A DNA stretch of 64,000 bases from Tabrizicola sp. YIM 78059 (GTDB taxonomy: Bacteria > Cyanobacteriota > Cyanobacteriia > PCC-6307 > Cyanobiaceae), in the NCBI GenBank assembly GCA_943367815.1, contig CALRKA020000011.1:633-64632 (forward strand), written 5' to 3'. Made by a program: the position numbers and the translations under genes. The notes beneath the pieces are model-generated. The model saw only the letters and a list, made by a program, of their open reading frames with translations, did no database searches and was not told the DNA's origin. Position 1 is the first letter of the stretch. Every line of letters starts with the position of its first letter. This document shows, piece by piece, positions 10,721 through 18,578 of this stretch.

Positions 10721-11556
10721 GCCGTCCACACCTGGAACGACACCAGCTCCGACGGACCGAAGCTGGTGGTGAGGGCGACGTCGGCGGCATCCCGGCCCCG
10801 GGCCATCAGGATCCGGCCGATGCGGGGGGTGTTGTTGCGCGGATCGAAGACGTGCCAGCCGTCGCCGAGGTAGGCCTCGAACCAGGCGTGGAAGTCCATG
10901 GCCGTGTGGGGCGGCGGCACCGCGATATCGCTCAGATAACCGGTGCAGTATCGCGCCGGGATGTTCATGCAGCGGCAGAGGGCGATGGCCAGGTGGGCGA
11001 AATCACGGCACACCCCCTCGCGGCTTTCGAAGGTCTGGAGGGCCGATTTCGTCGGGCTGGAGCGGCCGTAGTCGAAGCGCACGTGCTGGTGGACGAAGTC
11101 GCAGATCGCCTGCACCCGCGCCCAGCCGCCGGGGGCCGCCTCGAACCGGGACCAGGCGATGGGCGCGAGCAGATCGGACTCGCAGAAGCGGCTGGCCAGC
11201 AGAAACAGCAGGGTGTCCTCCGGCAGATCGGGCACCGGCCGCTGCTCCAGAGCGGGCAGCACCGGGTCGGGCCGACCGGAATCGGCCACCACCCCATGCC
11301 CGTGCAGACGCAGCGGGCCGGCCGGCGCAACCAGGCGCTGGCAGAGGTTGCCGAAGGAGTCCACATACGGATGCAGCGTCACCGGGGGCTCCACCTGCAG
11401 CAGATCCGGCTCCCGAAGATCGGCGGCCCGGCTCTCGTGCACGCCCAGGGTGACGATCAGGGGCGTCGGGGTGGGGAAGCGCAGCACCACGTCGAATCCC
11501 ACCTGGATCTGGATCGGGTGGGTGGGCGGCGCCGGAGCGCAAGCTGGTGAGTCCAT
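10717..11556 (-). CDS. transglutaminase-like protein
   Basis: Cys-His-Asp triad: GVCRDFAH, DFHAWFEAYL, FDP; ATGA overlap with Anbu start. Confidence 0.9.
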   Translation of the reverse strand: MDSPACAPAPPTHPIQIQVGFDVVLRFPTPTPLIVTLGVHESRAADLREPDLLQVEPPVTLHPYVDSFGNLCQRLVAPAGPLRLHGHGVVADSGRPDPVLPALEQRPVPDLPEDTLLFLLASRFCESDLLAPIAWSRFEAAPGGWARVQAICDFVHQHVRFDYGRSSPTKSALQTFESREGVCRDFAHLAIALCRCMNIPARYCTGYLSDIAVPPPHTAMDFHAWFEAYLGDGWHVFDPRNNTPRIGRILMARGRDAADVALTTSFGPSELVSFQVWTA

Positions 11557-11559
11557 GGA

Positions 11560-12441
11560 TCACCCTAAGGAGGGCGGACCCTCCGGGAGCGGCGGGAATC
11601 CCTCCGCCAGGGCGGCCTCCAGCACCCCGGCCAGTCGCTGGGCCCAGGCCCGCCGGCCCGCCTCGGTGGCCAGCAGGTCCTGGCGCACCTCCAGCTCCAC
11701 ATGGGGAATCCGGCGCCCCTCCCCATGCACCACCAGGGTGTGGTCGCTGGCGTCGCTGACGGCATAGGGCTGGTTGTCCCCCACCCGCAGGCCCCGTTCG
11801 CGCTGGAGCCCCTGGCGCACCCGGCTGGCCAGGCGGGCATCACGGCCATGCAGCACCCCCACATGCCAGGGACGCACCTCGGCGTCCAGCACCGGCGTGA
11901 AGCTGTGCAGGGTGACCAGGACGCTGGGCCGGGCCTGGGCCTGCCGCGCCTCCAGCTCGGCGGCGATGCGGCGGTGGTAGGGGTGGAAGAGTTCCTCCAG
12001 CCGTCCCTGACGTCCGGCCGCGCCGATGGTCACGTTGGCGGCGATGGCGCTCTGCTCGCAGTGGCTGACGATCGAATCCGGCGCCTGGGGCGGCCGGTTG
12101 GCATCGATCACCAGCCGGGAATAGTTGTGCAGGATCAGAAAGGCGTCGAGCCGCGCCGCCAGCAGCAGACCCAGCCCGTCCACACCCAGATCCCAGCCCC
12201 CGTGGCTGGCGCGCTGCCGATCGCTCAGGCCCAGATCCCCCAGGCACCGGGGAATGGCGCGGCCGGCGTGGTCGGCCGTGAGCAGCACCGCCGAGCGCCC
12301 GGCGGGGTTGACGATCCGAAAGACAGGAGGATCTGAGGGCCCCAGCAGGGGTTCGTGCTGCAACGGGACGACCTCGGGCCAGGGATCCTTGCCACCACCA
12401 GCCTGGCGGGGTCGGCACGGGAGCGGGGAGCCCCCGATCAC
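11560..12441 (-). CDS. N-formylglutamate amidohydrolase family protein
   Basis: DHAG, WDLGV, YSRLVIDANR, LHSFTP, DNQPY, ELEVRQDL motifs. Confidence 0.9.
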   Translation of the reverse strand: MIGGSPLPCRPRQAGGGKDPWPEVVPLQHEPLLGPSDPPVFRIVNPAGRSAVLLTADHAGRAIPRCLGDLGLSDRQRASHGGWDLGVDGLGLLLAARLDAFLILHNYSRLVIDANRPPQAPDSIVSHCEQSAIAANVTIGAAGRQGRLEELFHPYHRRIAAELEARQAQARPSVLVTLHSFTPVLDAEVRPWHVGVLHGRDARLASRVRQGLQRERGLRVGDNQPYAVSDASDHTLVVHGEGRRIPHVELEVRQDLLATEAGRRAWAQRLAGVLEAALAEGFPPLPEGPPSLG

Positions 12442-14222
12442 TGGGAGTAGATCAGGGCGCTGTAGGGGCCGATGCTGCAGGCCGCGTGGCAGGGGAGTCC
12501 GTCCCAGTCGCCGGGGACAGCTTCCACGTCACCGCTCGGATGGCCGGCGAAGCCATCGCTGTAGCCCTGCCAGTCACTGTTGAAGCGCAGCTTCCACGCT
12601 CCGGCGGCGGGCAGACCGACGCGGCAGTCGTCCAGGGGCTGGTGGGAGAAATTGGCGATCACCACCACGTCATCTCCGGGACCGCCCCGGTTCCAGCGGT
12701 GAAAGGCCAGCACCCTGCGCTCGCCATTGAGGTGGAAGACCTGCGTGAACTGGCCGCAGAGACCCTCGGTCACCCCCTCCAAATTGCGTCGCAGCCGGAT
12801 CAGATCCCGATACAGGCGGACGATGCCGCGAAATTCCTGCCGCTGATCCCAGTCGACCGGGACCGAATCGCGGAACCAGCCGCCCTCGAGAAACTCCTGC
12901 CCCTGGAAGAGCATCGGAATGCCCGGTGATGTGAACACGAGGGCCGCGGCCAGGGTGGAGCGCTTCTGGGCATACCAGCCGGTGGGATCCCCCGGACTGA
13001 CATCCTGGGGAAGGCGGGCCTGTCCATTGGCCACGTCATCATGGGATTCGCTGTAGATGACGCGCTCGAAGGCATCGTCGTTGTAGCGGTGGAGGATCGC
13101 GTCCCGGAGGCTCTCGAGGCCGCGGTCTTCATCGATGGCCGTGATGACGGCCTGGCGGATCGACCGGACGAACTGGAGATCCCACTGGGATGCGAACCCT
13201 GCACCACCGGCCCCGACATCCTTGGTGATCCAGGCGTTGCTGCGCATGTCTTCCGCGATGGTGATCCGGCCGGGAAAATCCCGGGCCACCGTGTCGTTGA
13301 TGGCCTGCAGGAGGCTCCAGCCATCGGGAATCTCCTCGGACCCAGCGTCGCCGATGCAGTGGATGAAGCCGGTGCTGTCGAAGCGAAGACCATCGAGGTG
13401 GTAGTCCTCGAGCCACATGCGCACGTTGTCGAGGATGTACTGACGAACCTCGCCGCGTCCGTAATCGGGGCGGGTGTCCCCCCAGGGCGTGTGCGCACGA
13501 TGATCGTTGTAGAAATAAATGCCACCCTTGCCGTTCTGAGACCAACCATCGAATTGCCAGAGATCGAGATCACTCGGCCCGAAGTGATTGAACACCACAT
13601 CCAGGATCACCGCGATACCGACCTGATGGGCATGCTGGATGAAACGCTTCAACCCCAGGGAGCCGCCATAGTCGGAATCAACGGCAAAGATCTGAGAAGG
13701 GTTGTATCCCCATGAGCGATTTCCGGCGAACTGACCGACCGGCATGATCTCGAGGGCATTGATCCCCAGCCGCTTCAGGTGATCCAGCCGCGCCGTGATG
13801 GACGAGAACTGTCCTGGCTGGCTGAACGCCTCATCATTGAACGTGCCGACATGCAGTTCATAGATGACCAGTTCATTCCATGGCGCGCTGGAGAACGCCC
13901 CATCGTCCCAGGCAAAGGCGGGATCATGAACGATCGAGTCTCCGGCCGAATGGGTCACCTCGCGGGCATAGGGATCCATCCGCTTGATCACCCCCCATTC
14001 GGTGGACAGCTGGTAGCTGTAGGGGTCGCCGATCCTGGCGCTGTCAACGAAGGCATACCAATACCCTCGCGGCTCTGATTGCATCGGATGGGCGCTGGCG
14101 TCCCAGTTGTTGAAGCTGCCAACGACGGAGAGCCCACTGGCGTGGGGTGCCCAGACACGGAAGGCCACACCATCCGAACAGGGACGGGCTCCCATGCCCT
14201 GTTGCGCCAACGGTTGTGCCAT
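12438..14222 (-). CDS. GH13 alpha-glucan branching enzyme / trehalohydrolase-like glycosidase
   Basis: CBM48-like FRVWAP, YELHVGTF, WGY, DVVFNH, DGLRFD, IAED, SHDD catalytic regions. Confidence 0.9.
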   Translation of the reverse strand: MAQPLAQQGMGARPCSDGVAFRVWAPHASGLSVVGSFNNWDASAHPMQSEPRGYWYAFVDSARIGDPYSYQLSTEWGVIKRMDPYAREVTHSAGDSIVHDPAFAWDDGAFSSAPWNELVIYELHVGTFNDEAFSQPGQFSSITARLDHLKRLGINALEIMPVGQFAGNRSWGYNPSQIFAVDSDYGGSLGLKRFIQHAHQVGIAVILDVVFNHFGPSDLDLWQFDGWSQNGKGGIYFYNDHRAHTPWGDTRPDYGRGEVRQYILDNVRMWLEDYHLDGLRFDSTGFIHCIGDAGSEEIPDGWSLLQAINDTVARDFPGRITIAEDMRSNAWITKDVGAGGAGFASQWDLQFVRSIRQAVITAIDEDRGLESLRDAILHRYNDDAFERVIYSESHDDVANGQARLPQDVSPGDPTGWYAQKRSTLAAALVFTSPGIPMLFQGQEFLEGGWFRDSVPVDWDQRQEFRGIVRLYRDLIRLRRNLEGVTEGLCGQFTQVFHLNGERRVLAFHRWNRGGPGDDVVVIANFSHQPLDDCRVGLPAAGAWKLRFNSDWQGYSDGFAGHPSGDVEAVPGDWDGLPCHAACSIGPYSALIYSQ

Positions 14223-14634
14223 GGTTCAGGCCCCGCTGAGACCACTCTTTCACAGGACGACCGCCTCAGTGGTGCACCATCAGGCTGCTGATCTGCAGCA
14301 GCGGAGAAAGGCGGAATGGAAGCGGGATGCCAGGGGTGATGGCAAGAAGAATCGGCCGAGGCAGTGAAGCCGTGAGCATGCAGATCACTGCTGCAGACTG
14401 CATCAGGAGCAGCATCGATCGTGACCAGCCGGCCTTCCCTGCCAGCACTCATCTGCGGGATCCCTCCGGCGGTTACCCAGGCCATGGTGGGCACCATGCG
14501 ACACGCGGATCCCGCAGGAATCACTAGGTTGGAGAGGCAGCTTCCAGGGGTGCGAGGAGGACAGACATCGACACCATCCCTCGGGATTGTCCCTGACGAT
14601 CTGCACAGCATCGATACCCATCACCAACGGAACC

Positions 14635-14853
14635 ATGACCAACAAGAACGACGCCGCCGCCAAGGATGCCGAAGGCAGACTTGAATCAGCACTGGGTGAT
14701 CTGACCGGCGACACCGGCCACCAGATCAAGGGCAAGGCCAAACAGGTCCAGGCCTCGGCCATGAATGTCGCCGAGGATCTCAAGGAGGGCGCCCGGTCGG
14801 TGGCCAAGAAAGTGAGTGATGCCGCCGCCAAACTGGCCGAAGACAAGGGCTGA
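14635..14853 (+). CDS. csbD: CsbD family general stress protein
   Basis: EGRLESALGDLTGD..QIKGKAKQ pattern; ATG at 14635 in frame. Confidence 0.85.
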   Translation: MTNKNDAAAKDAEGRLESALGDLTGDTGHQIKGKAKQVQASAMNVAEDLKEGARSVAKKVSDAAAKLAEDKG

Positions 14854-14865
14854 GCGGTCCTGCTT

Positions 14866-14891
14866 AGACTCTCCCTCAGGATGGAGAGTCT
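14866..14891. promoter_or_regulatory. palindromic MerR-type operator upstream of merR-family gene
   Basis: AGACTCTCC-N8-GGAGAGTCT perfect dyad containing the same CTCC-N8-GGAG core as the copA and DUF305 promoters. Confidence 0.7.
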
Positions 14892-14896
14892 GAGCC

Positions 14897-15313
14897 ATGC
14901 AGGCCATCGGCATGAAGGCCGGCATGAAGATCGGCCTGCTGGCCCGCCGCAGCGGCATGACCGTGAAGACCCTGCGCTACTACGAGGATCTGGGTCTGCT
15001 GCCGGCGATCGGCCGCAGCGAGGGCGGCTACCGCCTGTTCGCCGAGGAGAGCCTGCAGCGGCTGGAGTTCATCCGCCGCCTCAAGACCCTGGGCCTCAGC
15101 CTGGAGGAGATCCAGGGTTGTCTGGCGGTTCACGACGCCGGTGAACTGCCCTGCGGCGACATCCAAAGGCAGCTGGAACGCCAGATCGAGCGGATCGATG
15201 GCCAGATCCAGGAGCTGCGCCAGCTCAGGACGGAACTGCAGGGATTGCTGGCCGGCTGGCAGAGCCATCCGCCCAAGGACAGCGACGTGATCTGCCCGAA
15301 TCTTCACGTCTGA
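14897..15313 (+). CDS. MerR-family heavy-metal-responsive transcriptional regulator
   Basis: MKIGLLARRSGMTVKTLRYYE HTH, GGYRLF, Cys residues in GCL, LPCG and VICP. Confidence 0.92.
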   Translation: MQAIGMKAGMKIGLLARRSGMTVKTLRYYEDLGLLPAIGRSEGGYRLFAEESLQRLEFIRRLKTLGLSLEEIQGCLAVHDAGELPCGDIQRQLERQIERIDGQIQELRQLRTELQGLLAGWQSHPPKDSDVICPNLHV

Positions 15314-15345
15314 GAGCCGGGGGCGGCGTTGTCCGCCCCTGGCCG

Positions 15346-16089
15346 ATGAAGCCCTGGGTCGGAGCCGCGTCAGCGCCCGGTTCCCTACCCATGCTGATGG
15401 CAGGCCCCGGAGACGCGCCGATGAACCCTCCACGCTTGTCATCCCATCGGACCCATCCGGCGGCTCGATGGGCTGCCGCCGCCGGTCTCGGTGCGCTGAT
15501 CCTGGCCCTGGGGGCTCCGGCGTTCCCGGCCCCCCCGGCCTCTTTGGTTCCGCCGGCAGGCGGACCCGGGCAAGGGGCCCGGCCGTCGATGGATCAGCAC
15601 TTCATCGTGATGATGATCCCCCACCATGACGGCGCCATCGCCATGGCGGACCTGGCCCTGAGCCGGGCGAAGCGACCGGAGATCAGGGCTCTGGCCGTCA
15701 CGATCAAGGCCAGCCAGACCCAGGAGAACGCCCAGATGCGGGCCTGGTACCGCGCCTGGTTCGGCGGCTCCGTGCCGGCATGGGGCGGAGGCATGGGTCA
15801 TGGCGGAGGCATGGGAATGATGGGCATGGGTGGCATGGGCATGGGTGGCATGGGCATGGGGGGCACGGGCACCGATATCGCCTGGCTGAAGAACGCCCCT
15901 GACTTCGATCGCGCCTTCATCCAGCAGATGATTCCCCACCACCGCATGGGCGTGATGATGGCCTCGATGGCCCAGAACGGCAGCCAGCATCCCCAGCTGC
16001 GGGCCCTGCAGCAGGCGATGGTGAAGGTCCAGAGCGAGGAGATCGAGCAGATGGCCGGGTGGTACCGGAGCTGGTACGGGACGCCCTGA
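15346..16089 (+). CDS. DUF305 (CopM-like) periplasmic metal-binding protein, Met/Gly-rich (start probably 15421)
   Basis: Two MIPHH motifs (MMIPHHDGAI, QMIPHHRMGV), signal peptide, (GM)n linker. Confidence 0.88.
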   Translation: MKPWVGAASAPGSLPMLMAGPGDAPMNPPRLSSHRTHPAARWAAAAGLGALILALGAPAFPAPPASLVPPAGGPGQGARPSMDQHFIVMMIPHHDGAIAMADLALSRAKRPEIRALAVTIKASQTQENAQMRAWYRAWFGGSVPAWGGGMGHGGGMGMMGMGGMGMGGMGMGGTGTDIAWLKNAPDFDRAFIQQMIPHHRMGVMMASMAQNGSQHPQLRALQQAMVKVQSEEIEQMAGWYRSWYGTP

Positions 16090-16113
16090 ACCGCGACGGC
16101 GACCTCTGACAGG

Positions 16114-16461
16114 TCAGTCGCCGCGAGGCTGACGCTCCCCGTGCTGCTGCCCCCAGGCACAGAGCAACTGAATCACCGGGATCAGGGTGCGGCCGTAGAT
16201 ACTGAAGCTGTAGCTCACCTGCGGCGGTCGGGTCGGCGTCACTTCCCGTTCCACCAGCCCTTCACGCTCCAGGTCCCGCAGATGCTGGGTCAGCACTTTG
16301 TCGCTGATCTCTGGGATCAGGCGACGCAGATCGCCATAACGCTGGGGGCCCTGCCGCAGTTGCCAGAGGATCGGCAACGTCCACTTTCCCTCCAGCACCT
16401 GGAGGGCGGCGCGCACGAAAGCGGTGGCTTCGATGGGATCCGCCTCCGTGGTCGACACCAA
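16114..16461 (-). CDS. HxlR-family winged-helix regulator (start uncertain)
   Basis: GKWTLPIL, RYGDLRR.IP.IS.KVLTQHLRDLE..GLV, PPQVSYS; divergent from the SDR. Confidence 0.88.
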   Translation of the reverse strand: MVSTTEADPIEATAFVRAALQVLEGKWTLPILWQLRQGPQRYGDLRRLIPEISDKVLTQHLRDLEREGLVEREVTPTRPPQVSYSFSIYGRTLIPVIQLLCAWGQQHGERQPRGD

Positions 16462-16540
16462 CGCACCTGCAGGTAAGTCCTTCCTTTCCAGCGCCGTCGG
16501 CCATAGGTTGCCGGCCCATTCTTCTCCTCGCCGAGGGGCC

Positions 16541-17284
16541 ATGCCGACGATGACGCGACTGCAAGGCAAGGTGGCCCTGGTTACAGGTGGATCCCGCGGC
16601 ATTGGCCGGGCCATCGCCGAACGGCTGGGGCGCGATGGCGCCGATGTGGCCCTCACCTACGCCGGCAACCGCGACAAGGCGGAGGCCGTGGCCGACACGA
16701 TTCGCGCCGGAGGGGTGCGGGCCGTGGCCCTGCCCTCCGATCTGCGAGAGGTGAGCCAGACCCGGGCCCTGTTCGCCGCCGTGCTCGAGCAGTTCGGCCG
16801 CCTCGACATCGTCGTCAACAACGCCGGGATCTCGGTGTTCAAACCCACCACCGACATCGAGGAAGCGGACTACGACCGGGTGATGGACACCAATGCCCGG
16901 GGCACCTTCTTTGCCCTCCAGGAGGCGGCCCGCCATGTGGCCGACGGCGGCCGGATCATCAGCCTGGCCAGTGGCGCCACCCGCCAGGCCCTCCCCGCCG
17001 CAGGCGTCTACGCCGCCAGCAAGGCGGCGGTGGAGCAGTTCGGCATGGCCCTGGCCAAGGAACTCGGACCCCGCGGCATCACCGTCAACCAGATCGGCCC
17101 CGGGGTCACCGACACCGACGGGCTGATCATGCCGGCCGAAGCCCTGGCCCATCTGATCGCCTCCACGCCCCTGGGCCGCCTCGGCCAGCCCGCCGATCTG
17201 GCGGATGTGGTGGCCTTCCTGGCCTCCGATGACGCCCGCTGGGTGAACGGCCAGACCCTCCAGGTGAACGGCGGCATCCTCTGA
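16541..17284 (+). CDS. SDR family oxidoreductase
   Basis: TGGSRGIG, NNAG, YAASK, VN..GPG, NGQTLQVNGG. Confidence 0.92.
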   Translation: MPTMTRLQGKVALVTGGSRGIGRAIAERLGRDGADVALTYAGNRDKAEAVADTIRAGGVRAVALPSDLREVSQTRALFAAVLEQFGRLDIVVNNAGISVFKPTTDIEEADYDRVMDTNARGTFFALQEAARHVADGGRIISLASGATRQALPAAGVYAASKAAVEQFGMALAKELGPRGITVNQIGPGVTDTDGLIMPAEALAHLIASTPLGRLGQPADLADVVAFLASDDARWVNGQTLQVNGGIL

Positions 17285-17319
17285 GCCATCCCTCTGAACC
17301 TTCCCCCTGCGCCCCCTCG

Positions 17320-17760
17320 ATGAGCGAATCCCCCGCCAGCTTCAGCAACGGCTTTCCCGTCAACACGATCCGGGTCGGCGACGGGGTCGTGCTGATCAAC
17401 GTGTTCCACCTGGATCCGGATCGGGCCGAGGCCTTCGTCGCCACCCAGGTGAGCGAATACAAGCGCCTTCAGGGCGTTTTCCCCGGCAGCCTCAGCGCCA
17501 ATCTGCACCTCAGCCTCGATCACACCCGGGCCGTCAACTACGCCCACTTCAGCTCCGTGGAGACCTATCTGGCGATGCGGGACAGCCCTGCCTTCGCCGA
17601 GCACCTCGAGCGGCTCCAGGGATTGGTAAGGAAGGCCGAGCCCCAGCTCTACACCGTGGCCTACACCCAGAACGCCACACAACCGGTCTCTGAGGCCCCC
17701 CTGCCGCCCCTGGGAGATCCGTCCCTGGCGCCGCGGCTCGGGCCGGTGCCACTGGCCTGA
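17320..17760 (+). CDS. antibiotic biosynthesis monooxygenase (ABM) family protein
   Basis: VLINVF, SANLHLSLD...VNYAHF ferredoxin-like ABM pattern. Confidence 0.75.
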   Translation: MSESPASFSNGFPVNTIRVGDGVVLINVFHLDPDRAEAFVATQVSEYKRLQGVFPGSLSANLHLSLDHTRAVNYAHFSSVETYLAMRDSPAFAEHLERLQGLVRKAEPQLYTVAYTQNATQPVSEAPLPPLGDPSLAPRLGPVPLA

Positions 17761-17771
17761 GCACGGTGCCC

Positions 17772-17803
17772 TTGACTCTCCAGCCAAGTGGAGACCATAC
17801 GGT
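17772..17803 (+). promoter_or_regulatory. MerR-type promoter/operator of second DUF305 gene
   Basis: TTGACT-(20 nt: CTCCAGCCAAGTGGAGACCA)-TACGGT, dyad CTCCA..TGGAG. Confidence 0.8.
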
Positions 17804-17824
17804 GAGGCTTCCTCCCGAGCCCCC

Positions 17825-18565
17825 ATGCGCCGCAGCCGATTCTCCGCAGCCCTGTTCGGGACTCTCTGCGCTCTGGGCCTGACGGTCCCAGCCCTGGCGC
17901 AGGACCACGGCGGCATGCACCACGACCATCACCAGCATCACGCCGCACCGGCCAATGCTGCACCGACCGGCGCCCCTCCAGCCGGAACCTCCCCAGCCCA
18001 CGCCGCCCACGCCCACGACGTGGGTCCCGCCGGAGCCACCTACGACCTGCGCTTCATCGACGGGATGGTGCAGCACCACACCGGTGCCCTGCGGATGAGC
18101 GAGTTCGTCTTCGGCATCGGGGCGCCCGGGGTGGGGGCCCTGGGCAAGACGATCTGGCGTGATCAGGCCAGCGAGATCCGGGCCATGGGGCTGTGGCGCA
18201 AGGCCTGGTATCCCCAGGCGCCCGTGTATCCGGTGGCCCTGGCCAAAGACGGCGATCCCAACAGCCTCAGTGGCCTCACCCGCATGAGCCAGGCCCAGAT
18301 CGACGGGATGCGGATGATGGGCGAGGCCCCCAGCCCGGACAACCGGGTGGTCTGGTTCCTGGAGGGGATGCTCCATCACCACGGCGGGGCGCTGATCATG
18401 GCCCACGACGCCCTGGCCAAGAGCACCAATCCCACCATCCGGCGCTTCGCGCGCAACGTGATCGTGGCCCAGCGCGCCGAGATCATCCAGCTGCAGCGGA
18501 TGCTGGCGGCCGAGGGCCTGCGCAAGCCCGAGTACGGCCGCTACGACGCCCTGTTTGCGCTCTGA
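17825..18565 (+). CDS. DUF305 (CopM-like) periplasmic protein, His-rich N-terminus
   Basis: Signal peptide, MHHDHHQHH and HAAHAH, GMVQHH and GMLHHH DUF305 motifs. Confidence 0.88.
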   Translation: MRRSRFSAALFGTLCALGLTVPALAQDHGGMHHDHHQHHAAPANAAPTGAPPAGTSPAHAAHAHDVGPAGATYDLRFIDGMVQHHTGALRMSEFVFGIGAPGVGALGKTIWRDQASEIRAMGLWRKAWYPQAPVYPVALAKDGDPNSLSGLTRMSQAQIDGMRMMGEAPSPDNRVVWFLEGMLHHHGGALIMAHDALAKSTNPTIRRFARNVIVAQRAEIIQLQRMLAAEGLRKPEYGRYDALFAL

Positions 18566-18578
18566 GCCTGGCGGGGAC

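Noticed and set aside
14266-14448. 60-aa hydrophobic minus-strand ORF upstream of GH13
   Set aside because: No RBS, motif or codon-bias support; left as part of the structured intergenic finding.
15790-15862. GGCATGGG tandem repeats
   Set aside because: Coding Met/Gly linker of DUF305, covered under that finding.
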